The notes beneath the pieces are model-generated. The model saw nothing but the letters and a program-made list of their open reading frames with translations, was not told the origin of the DNA and did not search any database. From contig JAAILG010002410.1 of the NCBI GenBank assembly GCA_012026655.1, positions 1-54,764 of the forward strand: a DNA stretch of 54,764 bases, read 5' to 3'. The DNA is from Hydrolagus affinis. Its lineage: Eukaryota. The translations under genes were made by a program, and so were the position numbers. This document shows positions 48,901-54,764 of the stretch, one piece after another (position 1 is the stretch's first letter; each line of letters opens with the position of its first letter).

Positions 48901-51145
48901 CTCTTGTTGCACGCCTTATATACAGTAGAACACTGCTAAACCACACTCTTGACTGTCTGCATGTCTATATGTACTTGAAGTAAAGTCTGGCTGCGGTGTC
49001 AACTATTTTTAGATGCATCCAAGTTTGTGATTGTACTTGTGTAATGTAAGCTTTGATCGGGTAAGTACAGGAATACACACCCACACCACAAAGACCACAG
49101 AGACACACAGAAGGGTGCACCCAGACACACCTGAATTTAAGTGTCCTGGGATGCCACCCGGAGTGGGAGAGCGCTATACAAATGCAAGTTTTTGTTGTTT
49201 ATCTGCGCTGCTTCCTGATTACAATACCAGGCTCTCTACTGTCTGGCTCTGTTGTCCACACTGAGATATCTAAGACTGAAGAACTCCTGCTCATCTCCTG
49301 CTCATCAACAGCTCTGTTGATTGGCCTCATTGTTCTCTTTCACTCAGCCCAACCATTGCCCTGAGGCTTCAGTATGCTCTGAACTGAACATTTTTGCCAA
49401 TATATAACAACTTGTATTGATAATAGCGCTCTTCACGTGATGCAATGTCTCTAGCCAACCATCTGCGTGTATGCCTCGTGTTTGTGACCAAAACAAATGA
49501 GCTTGTAATTCTGCAATCACTTCCAACCCTCTGACAATCCTCCCATCACCAGTGTGATGAGCTGCTCTTTACCAAAAGATTACAGCAGAGCTAGGGTTTG
49601 TTCAGAAGCTCATTACCTTAGTCTTCACATCATGCTGCAGCTAACTTGTCATCAACTCTCCACTGTTTCAGTAGGAATACACTTTGTATTTGGACAGTGA
49701 GCTGTGGAGCAAGACAATGGCTCAGTGAGGAGCTGAGCTGTATAGACTGTTATGAGCCCAGACTTAATCCCATATCTTGGCTATGTTGTGTGACCTGAAT
49801 TACCCTGGAGCAACTACCCAGAGAATTCAACACAGATTGGGAGCCTATCAGCTGAACCTGACCTTTCCTCACCAATGTCACCATCTCCACCTAATACATA
49901 CACAAAACACTGCTAATTGAAGCTCTGCCTGTCCACACCCATTGAAATTGATTGTCGCCACAGTTTCTGTCTCAGCTGGGGTTGTACTGTCCATTGCTGC
50001 TCTGACCTGCTCAGGTTTCACCACCTCTATTATTGCCCACCTCAGGTACTACCTCTCATTTCCCTCGCCTTGCCCACTCCACCATTGACAGTCAGCCTTT
50101 TAAGGTGCACTGAAAGGCTTTCCTTCTTGACTGTGCCTTCAGTCATTTCCCCCTCCCACCCCCAGCTCGGGTGTCTGGCCAGGACTATCCAATGCCTTGT
50201 GCCATCCACCCAATGCGAAAGTCGCTGGGAAATGTAAATTTGTCCATTAGCAGTAGCTTTGCTCAACTCTGGGATAACTTGCCCAAGCCAGCGCTGGTTC
50301 TCTTGATTAATAGGGAGTATGATGGGTTGGTCATTGTCGATGGGGGCATGGTAGCTGGAGGAGGTGGTGGGTGTGATTTAATTTGCTTTAAATTTCCTTT
50401 CTTCTGAGGACGTTGATCATTGGGGCCTGGGTGTCAGACTGCACTGTTTGACAGACGGGATGGTGTGGCTCTGAGCTGGTTACTAACTTAAATGTTTGGA
50501 TCAAGCAGCTCGTGTGTCAGCCTCTGAAGGTACTCTTGCCTCTGAGTTGGAAGGTGGTTTCAAGCTCCGGATCGAAATCTGGAATCACATAGTCTAGGCT
50601 GACACTCCATTGCAGTGCTGGAGTGTAATGTCAGAGGTGCCGTCCTTCAGGTGAAACATTCCATCTGCTGTTCAGGACTGTTGAGGACAGTGCCACTGTT
50701 GGAAAAGAGAAGGGAGTTTCTCTCCCATTGTCTTGGACAACAATCCCCCCAAATCTAATTGGTTACTTGCTTCGTGGCTGGATGTTTGTGGGGTACTCCT
50801 GAGTGAAACCAGCTACTGTGTTTCCCCCACAAAATACAGTCACTATACAATACATCCTGTGAAGCGCTTTGAGACGCTGAATGATGTGATGAGGCGATAT
50901 ATCAAATGACACTATTATTCCCTGTGTGGGTTAGACATGTTGAGGTGTTCTGGGATTAAGTACTGTTGTGGGACAATGTCTTGGCTATTCTCACCAACAC
51001 CTGAACACTAAACACTCAGCTGAATGCCCTGAGGGTTGCAGGAGTCTCACTGTCTGGCACAGTGAGCGAGGTACATTTGCTGACTGATTTGATTCTCTGT
51101 TTGCAGAAAGAGCCCAACCAGCCTGCTGAATGCAAGCAACAGTGA
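12957..51145 (+). CDS. NAP1L4: Nucleosome assembly protein 1-like 4: 380 aa (...PKV) or 391 aa (...ECKQQ) isoforms
   Basis: 13 shared coding exons (1137 nt, 379 codons) join in frame with GT-AG introns. NAP-family motifs LPKVVKRRINALK, KGIPDFW, FEPNEYFTN, IDWKKGKNVT, SFFNFF and IVPRAVLYFTGEA, plus an acidic tail. NAP1L4-type segments (QERLDNVEHTPSSYIET, FRERIVPRAV, PKV*) and CARS1/PHLDA2 synteny distinguish it from NAP1L1. Confidence 0.96.
13075..13340 (+). mobile_element. Degenerate L2 LINE 3' end
   Basis: CTCTGGAACTC (LWNS) remnant and a GTGAAAGGCGCTATGTAAAT tail similar to the 34.2-kb copy. Confidence 0.5.
16247..16308 (+). CDS. NAP1L4: NAP1L4 exon (KGDDGNVEPLDKHTAEGKGK)
   Basis: tttcag| acceptor, AAG|gtac donor; 62 nt bridges phase 2 to phase 1 exactly; sequence is divergent. 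Confidence 0.75.
17692..17791 (+). CDS. NAP1L4: NAP1L4 exon (KLTAQMMQNPQLLADLQERLDNVEHTPSSYIET)
   Basis: tacag| acceptor, |gtgagt donor. Confidence 0.95.
17896..18271. mobile_element. Non-autonomous hAT (Charlie-like) DNA transposon / MITE
   Basis: 16-bp TIRs CAGTGGTTCCCAACCT / AGGTTGGGAACCACTG; degenerate 8-bp TSD CACTAGAG / CGGTAGAG. Confidence 0.85.
19240..19355. repeat. Perfect 116-bp palindrome with no spacer, inside a Deu-SINE remnant (~19090-19380)
   Basis: Two 58-bp arms that are exact reverse complements, centred on ACT|AGT at 19297/19298. Confidence 0.97.
19581..20616 (-). mobile_element. 5'-truncated Tx1/L1-clade LINE (ORF2 C-terminal zinc-knuckle region and 3' UTR)
   Basis: Minus-strand peptide TNKHQDVAWMAVKRVLP...CPREGCGG..NEEHMF...WRVINAVKEGLW with frameshifts; AATAAA and an A-rich tail near 19581-19608; possible 15-bp TSD. 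Confidence 0.75.
21592..21733 (+). CDS. NAP1L4: NAP1L4 exon (LPKVVKRRINALKHLQ...YQPYFEK)
   Basis: ctccag| acceptor, AAG|gtac donor; dimerisation helix. Confidence 0.96.
22205..22294 (+). CDS. NAP1L4: NAP1L4 exon (RREVITGSVEPADSECEWHSDKEEEEEELA)
   Basis: atag| acceptor, |gtgagt donor. Confidence 0.95.
22596..22745 (-). mobile_element. SINE 3' half
   Basis: Homologous to 5216-5395. Confidence 0.7.
23545..23676 (+). CDS. NAP1L4: NAP1L4 exon (EEMKKK...PKGIPDFWVTIFRNVDMLSELVE)
   Basis: cag| acceptor, GAG|gtgag donor. Confidence 0.95.
23947..24018 (+). CDS. NAP1L4: NAP1L4 exon (EHDEPILKHLQDVRVKFSEPNEPM)
   Basis: ctgcag| acceptor, |gtgagt donor. Confidence 0.95.
24481..24613 (+). ncRNA. SNORA54: H/ACA snoRNA SNORA54 (ACA54), copy 1
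   Basis: 5' hairpin GCACTG-TTCGT-AACC...GGTT-CCATTC-CAGTGC, H box ACAGTA at 24540-24545, second hairpin, ACA at 24608-24610. The 5' hairpin matches human SNORA54, which is also hosted in a NAP1L4 intron. Confidence 0.88.
26570..26709 (+). CDS. NAP1L4: NAP1L4 exon (NFTLEFHFEPNEYFTNSVL...FEGPEIVDFVG)
   Basis: cacag| acceptor, GG|gtaagt donor. Confidence 0.96.
27097..27233 (+). ncRNA. SNORA54: H/ACA snoRNA SNORA54, copy 2
   Basis: Same 5' hairpin, H box ACACTA at 27156-27161, 3' hairpin closed by CCTAACT/AGTTAGG, ACA at 27228-27230. Confidence 0.88.
27310..27524. mobile_element. Tc1/mariner-superfamily (Tigger/pogo-like) MITE, copy 1
   Basis: TIR CAGTAAAAGCCTGTTTATCC / GGATAAACAGACTTTTACTG, flanked by TA on both sides. 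Confidence 0.85.
28555..28700 (+). CDS. NAP1L4: NAP1L4 exon (CTIDWKKGKNVTMKNIKKKQKHKGRGTVRTITKQVPNDSFFNFFNPVR)
   Basis: ccag| acceptor, G|gtgagc donor; basic NLS-like stretch. Confidence 0.96.
29299..30001. mobile_element. Same MITE family, long variant with an internal inverted repeat
   Basis: Same left TIR, degenerate right TIR CGGATAAGTGGGCTTCTACTG, TA TSD. Confidence 0.8.
30113..30650 (-). mobile_element. SINE 3' half (30113-30285) followed by a CR1 3' fragment (~30290-30650)
   Basis: SINE tail homology; the CR1-like 3' region ACAGGAGGAGGCCACTTAGCCCCTCAAGCC...AATCTATCTATCTCGGTCTTGAA reads FKTEIDRF on the minus strand. Confidence 0.65.
34172..34745 (-). mobile_element. L2-clade LINE, 5'-truncated (ORF2 C-terminus and tail)
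   Basis: Minus strand reads AAETLFHAFVTSWLDYSNALLGGLP...QLIQNSAARILTRT...ITPVLARLHWLP...FKILTLVFKSL, then (other frame) HYAPRLWNSLP...SFRSQLKTFLF, which are classic L2 ORF2 motifs. Confidence 0.88.
34840..35215 (+). mobile_element. Deu-domain SINE (SacSINE1/AmnSINE-like), degenerate
   Basis: tRNA-like head CAGCCTGGCTCAATGGTAG, Deu 3' block GTTTGTGG..ATTGTTGTGTGCAAACTGGCTGC, L2-type tail. Confidence 0.65.
35615..35640 (+). CDS. NAP1L4: NAP1L4 26-nt microexon (VYGDGEAEM)
   Basis: Long polypyrimidine tract, ttag| acceptor, |gtgagt donor; restores the frame from phase 1 to 0; resembles mammalian ASGDGESL. Confidence 0.85.
38501..38631 (+). ncRNA. SNORA54: H/ACA snoRNA SNORA54, copy 3
   Basis: Same 5' hairpin, H box ACAGTA at 38561-38566, 3' hairpin closed by CCCAA/TTGGG, ACA at 38626-38628. 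Confidence 0.88.
39665..39784 (+). CDS. NAP1L4: NAP1L4 exon (DEDSEFNLATDFEIGHFFRERIVPRAVLYFTGEAIDDDEE)
   Basis: (CCT)n ccag| acceptor, |gtgagt donor. Confidence 0.96.
40146..40352. mobile_element. Same MITE family, copy 3
   Basis: Perfect 21-bp TIRs CAGTAAAAGCCTGTTTATCCG / CGGATAAACAGGCTTTTACTG, TA TSD. Confidence 0.9.
42578..42790 (+). mobile_element. Deu-domain SINE
   Basis: AGGCTGACACTCCAATGCAGTACTGAGGG...GAGACATTAAACTGAGGTCCCGTCTGCC...CAGGTGGA matches the Deu core as I recall it. Confidence 0.75.
44170..44205 (+). CDS. NAP1L4: NAP1L4 acidic-tail exon (YEADEDEEGEDE)
   Basis: ttccag| acceptor, GAG|gtaag donor. Confidence 0.9.
44480..44945 (-). mobile_element. Degenerate CR1 LINE fragment
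   Basis: Minus strand gives ...IERIQRRATRMIEGL...LGMFTLEKRSLGDDLIMVFKILK-like ORF2 C-terminal motifs. Confidence 0.65.
45202..45255 (+). CDS. NAP1L4: NAP1L4 acidic-tail exon (DDGEDEGDEEDEADTDPK)
   Basis: acag| acceptor, |gtgagt donor. Confidence 0.9.
46577..46930 (-). mobile_element. Near full-length young tRNA-derived SINE
   Basis: Minus strand: A box TGGCTCATTGG, B box GTGTTCAAATCC, Deu-like 3' block GTGGGATACTGCTGTGCGCAATTGGCTGCCGCG, L2-like tail and (TTA)n. Confidence 0.85.
47355..47667 (-). mobile_element. Degenerate Deu-domain SINE
   Basis: Minus-strand head GCTTGGCTCAGGTGGTAGCACTCTGG...GGGTTTAAGCCCCA, followed by ATGCTCCAGTGCAGAAT. Confidence 0.6.
47806..47836 (+). CDS. NAP1L4: NAP1L4 alternative 31-nt exon encoding V-stop (GTG TAA at 47806-47811)
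   Basis: Polypyrimidine tract, cttag| acceptor, TAG|gtaagg donor; gives the ...PKV C-terminus known for mammalian NAP1L4. Confidence 0.8.
50515..50918 (+). mobile_element. Deu-domain SINE, near full length
   Basis: Head ACTCTTGCCTCTGAGTTGGAAGG...TTCAAG, core AGGCTGACACTCCATTGCAGTGCT, tail GTGAAGCGCTTTGAGACG. Confidence 0.75.
51107..51145 (+). CDS. NAP1L4: NAP1L4 terminal exon, coding part KEPNQPAECKQQ* (used when the V-stop exon is skipped)
   Basis: ttgcag| acceptor; NAP1-family C-terminal ECKQQ (CaaX). Confidence 0.93.
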   Translation, partial: KEPNQPAECKQQ

Positions 51146-51926
51146 GTGGTCCTGAGGAAACGCCATTGCCTAGAGAGTGATGCCTATGGTGAAGTGTATC
51201 AAATTACCCTGCAGTTCAAGGCACCCTCCCCGACTGCAGCACAATGTTATTAAGCTAAACACTATGTTAAAATGCATGGGTTGCTACTTAACTTCAATTT
51301 TTTTCCTACTTTTTTTTTTTTGGCTTGTACAGCAACAATTCTCTAATAACAAATTTGAGACTGAAGTCATGGAGCGTGCACTCTGCGGCCAAAGGAACGC
51401 AGTGTGAAATATAGTGAGTGTTAAAACACGCTTGTCACTTGCAAACAAGGCAGTTCTGCTCCATGTTGCAGGCAGTGGTTTTTCATGGAGTCTTGAGGTG
51501 CATCTCTCCAGCGCTGCCTGTGCCCTTACCCTGGCCGTTCAGACTCCTATTTATGGTCGTGAAAATAACTTGAAAAGGCTTTGTTGTTCAGATCAGTCGG
51601 GCCGCATCAGTTTAGGTCCAAAACCGATTGCTCAATAAAAGCCACCAGGGAGGCAGGCGTAAGCTGCCACCCACCTTGTACCTGGGCACAGCCAGGCCAC
51701 CTCACAGAGGATGCACACCAAGGCTCTGTGACAGGCATTGTCAGTGTCTTGTGGAAGTAAAATCTTTAACACAGATCTCTATTTTTTTTTATTTGTATTA
51801 ACTGAGTGTCCAGCACACCGCACTGTGTCCAGGCATAGCCAGTGCTCCAGCCTTATCTCGTTCTACACAGTTGTAATGTATCTTAATATGCTGTTTTCAA
51901 TTTGTACAGAATAGCCAGAGTATTCT

Positions 51927-51932
51927 AATAAA
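51927..51932 (+). terminator. NAP1L4: NAP1L4 distal poly(A) signal (proximal candidate at 51634-51639)
   Basis: AATAAA with upstream TGTA elements and a downstream GT/T-rich tract (GATGTGATGTTGGTTTTATTTTGGT). Confidence 0.75.
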
Positions 51933-52000
51933 GTTGTGCAAACATTTAAGATGTGATGTTGGTTTTATTTTGGTCGCCCTCTTAGCACTGCTGAGTGCGG

Positions 52001-52210
52001 TGTCAGCCTGGCTTAGCTGACAGCATTCACATCTGGGACAGAGGCTCCAAGCTGCAGACTGACCTCATGGTCTAGGCTGATGCACCAGTGCAGTGCTGGG
52101 GGAACGCTGTCCTTCAGAGTAAACTTTAAACTGCGATCCCGTCTGCCTGCTCAGGTAAAGAGCCCATGGCACTGCTGGGCAAGAGAAGGGAGTTGTATCC
52201 TGGGCAATGA
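52001..52210 (+). mobile_element. Deu-domain SINE fragment
   Basis: TCTAGGCTGATGCACCAGTGCAGTGCTG...CCCGTCTGCCTGCTCAGGT...CCCATGGCACT. Confidence 0.65.
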
Positions 52211-53234
52211 GCACCCAGATGTACATTAATCATTTTACGTTCCAGCATCTTGTGAATAAGATCAGAGGATCCAGTTACGTGTACAGCATAAGCACACTCA
52301 GTACAAATAAAATATGACAGTGGTAAATCAGCCTAGCCATTTCCTGAATGGACGGTGAAGGAAAGGACAAGCACAGCATGTTTAACTAAGCCTGATGTTG
52401 TACCTGTACTGCAGGACACTGCTGATAACAGCACAGACCCACCTGGCTCATTGGCAGGGCGTGGAAAGGCAGACAGTCAGTCACTGTGTTGGGAGAGGCA
52501 AAATTGTGTAAATTGCTTAAATTCAGCCTCGGAAGCTTTTCGCCCACAAAATATACAGCCAATTCACTTTACCGTATATTCTCTGAAGTGCTTTGAGACA
52601 TCTCGGTAAAGCGCTATTTCAACCACAAGGATTATTATTATAAGCTTTTAATAACTGAAGTGACTGGGCTCCAAATTAAGATGACGTTTCACCAATTCTG
52701 AGACGTGAATGAGTTTATAAAATCTACGATTGGGTGGAATGTGAACTCTGCGGCTGTTTTGAGTGGGTGTCAGCAAACACAGGGTCTATTCACTGCCTTA
52801 CATTGCATGAGAAGCCACGTCCTGTACTGGGTTAGTGGTTGTGAATGGGGAGCCCTTGTTCAGGTCACGAAGGTCTCCAGTGAAGAGGTTCACAGATCTG
52901 ATCCTGGCATCTGAAGGGGCTGATTACCTAATGCCGGGGGAATGTGACGTTCACAGTAATAACTAACCCAACGTCACTGCTTTGTTCCCACCAACTCTGA
53001 GACGGCTAGGAAAGGGCTTGTGCGCCACACAGACCAGTGATCAGTGTTGAGCAGCCCAGCTCCCTCTCACACGGTTTGGAGCTGATCAATGCCACATCTC
53101 TGGCTCCACCTAACCCCTCCGCACCTCTCCCACCCCCCACCCCACCCCCCACCACCTGTGTGAAACGTCCACTGTAAATGTCTAAGTCAGTGTGACCGCA
53201 ATCCTCAAATCGCAACTTGCTTTTACACCATTTA

Positions 53235-53406
53235 TACAGCCCCTCATACAGGGCGGTGTTTGTACAGTCCCTCATACAGGGCGGTGTTTGTACAGTCCCT
53301 CATACAGGGCAGTGTTTGTACAGCCCCTCATACAGGGCAGTGTTTGTACAGTCCCTCATACAGGGCAGTGTTTGTACAGCCCCTCATACAGGGCGGTGTT
53401 TGTACA
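53235..53406. repeat. Minisatellite, 28-bp unit TACAG(C/T)CCCTCATACAGGGC(G/A)GTGTTTG, 6 copies
   Basis: Units start at 53235, 53263, 53291, 53319, 53347 and 53375. Confidence 0.95.
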
Positions 53407-54112
53407 TCCAGAGCTGCTCTGGGGATTCCTGGGGATTTGGCGATTCTGGGAAATGAGGAGGTTTATCTTTCATATCACCTGAGGCTGAGATAACCGACTC
53501 AATGCTACCTGGATTCCACGTATTTCCCTCACCGCAACCTCTCTCTCTCTCTCTCTCACACACACTCCCTCCCTCTTTCCTACTATGATACAACGCTTAT
53601 AACATTGAGAGGAAGTCTCAAAGCTCTTCTGATAATGTAGAGTGTAGTGACTGTATTCTGTGGGAAAACTCGGTAGCCGATTTTCACACAGCAACTTTGA
53701 GCAAACTGCCATGAAATTAATGAATCATTTATCTGGGGAGTGTTGGCCAGGGAGCCAGAGAAGACAGTCTGGATTCCATCAAACTGACAATCCCGCTTTA
53801 CCAAAAAAGGCAGTTTTTCCAAACGATTTTCCAGGAACATGACCATCTTGTGGAGGAAAAAAAGACAAAGAAAGAATGAGAGACCGAAATAAATATATAG
53901 AGAGAGAGAGAGAGAGAGCGAAAGAGATAGACAGAAAAGCGCTTTGAGATGTCTAGAAGATTGGAAAAAATGCTCATATCAAATGCAAGGATTATTAATA
54001 TTATAGAAAGACAGACAAACAGACAGACTGAAAGGCAGGGAGGCAGAGAGAGGGAAAGAGAACGAGAGAAAGATTTCTTTTTAAAAAGGAAACACAAAAA
54101 AAAGTGAGTGAG

Positions 54113-54226
54113 TGAGTCAGGGAGTGCTGGGCTCTCTACCCCCCCCTCCCTCCCCACTCCTCCTCAGGGATGTGAGTCAGCGCCTTGGGGAGGAGGCAGG
54201 AAATGGGAGGATCCCAGTTATAAAAG
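54113..54226 (+). promoter_or_regulatory. PHLDA2: PHLDA2 proximal promoter: two AP-1 sites, an ETS-like site and a TATA box
   Basis: TGAGTCA at 54113-54119 and 54173-54179, CAGGAAAT at 54197-54204, TATAAAAG at 54219-54226 (~125 bp upstream of the ATG). Confidence 0.7.
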
Positions 54227-54295
54227 ATTAACGTGCGAGTCCGGTCATCAGCAGCTACACAGAGAGAGACACACAGAGAGCCAGGCAGTCCCAGC

Positions 54296-54331
54296 CACAC
54301 ACACACACACACACACTCTCTCTCTCTCTCA
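54296..54331. repeat. Compound (AC)n(TC)n microsatellite in the putative PHLDA2 5' UTR
   Basis: Seen directly in the sequence. Confidence 0.9.
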
Positions 54332-54344
54332 CTGAATCAGGCTG

Positions 54345-54740
54345 ATGGGGATGACGGCGGTGGCGGAGCCGGAGCTGCTGATGGAGGGGGAGCTGGAGAA
54401 GCGGAGTGAACACCTGTTCCAGCTGTGGGGCCGGCGCTGGTGCCAGTTGACCCGGGAGAGTCTCCGCCTGTCCCCGCGCCGAGCCCGGGCCCGGGCCAAG
54501 GAGCTGCGGCTCAGAGACATCAGCAGCGTGGAGTGTGTGGAGCGGGGCGGCAGGTTCACCTACTTCACCATCGTCACCACCGACAGCAAAGAGACCGATT
54601 TCCGCTGCCCGGCCGACAGCAGCTGGAGTTCAGCCATTACCCTGGCCCTGATTGACAGCAAGAACCGCCGGGCGGTGCAGAGCTTCCAGCTCCGACAGCA
54701 AAGCTCCAGCCACCCCGAGAGGCTGGGGAGGACTCCCTGA
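54345..54740 (+). CDS. PHLDA2: Pleckstrin homology-like domain family A member 2 (131 aa; alternative start at 54351)
   Basis: EGELEKRS..LFQLW, KELR, VECVER.G...YFTIVTTD.KE.DFRC, W..AI.LALID..NRRA.Q.F and a C-terminal RTP match PHLDA2. The CDS is intronless and CpG-rich, and lies downstream of NAP1L4 as in human. Confidence 0.95.
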   Translation: MGMTAVAEPELLMEGELEKRSEHLFQLWGRRWCQLTRESLRLSPRRARARAKELRLRDISSVECVERGGRFTYFTIVTTDSKETDFRCPADSSWSSAITLALIDSKNRRAVQSFQLRQQSSSHPERLGRTP

Positions 54741-54764
54741 TACACACACAGCCCGACACACAGG

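Noticed and set aside
53235-53406. CRISPR-like array (28-bp repeats with an internal hairpin)
   Set aside because: Units are directly adjacent with no unique spacers, there are no cas genes, and the context is vertebrate; it is a minisatellite
54329-54745. Overlapping antisense and alternative-frame ORFs in PHLDA2
   Set aside because: Expected shadows of a GC-rich coding exon

Overview
This is vertebrate (eukaryotic) genomic DNA, so most entries in the ORF track are spurious; the real genes are spliced and all lie on the + strand. (1) CARS1 (cysteinyl-tRNA synthetase): last 11 coding exons, 74-4352, with the KMSKS motif and a poly(A) signal at 4671. (2) NAP1L4, complete: CpG-rich promoter and non-coding exon 1 at ~6.3-6.5 kb, coding exons 12957-51145, and two alternative C-termini (...PKV* or ...ECKQQ*, a CaaX motif). 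(3) PHLDA2: single-exon CDS, 54345-54740. The order and orientation match human 11p15. Three NAP1L4 introns each hold a copy of the H/ACA snoRNA SNORA54, with near-identical 5' guide hairpins and highly divergent 3' hairpins. The introns are rich in Deu-domain and tRNA-derived SINEs, L2, CR1 and Tx1 LINE fragments, and MITEs, which suggests a cartilaginous fish, possibly a holocephalan (inference). Unusual local structures include a perfect 116-bp palindrome, an ~88-bp inverted repeat, a tandem repeat that multiplies the putative NAP1L4 exon-1 splice donor four times, and an old dispersed element with a covarying hairpin. I found no CRISPR array or prokaryote-style novel system. Exon boundaries were read by eye (GT-AG plus reading-frame continuity). 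Repeat boundaries are approximate, and family names and human sequences come from memory, not database searches.
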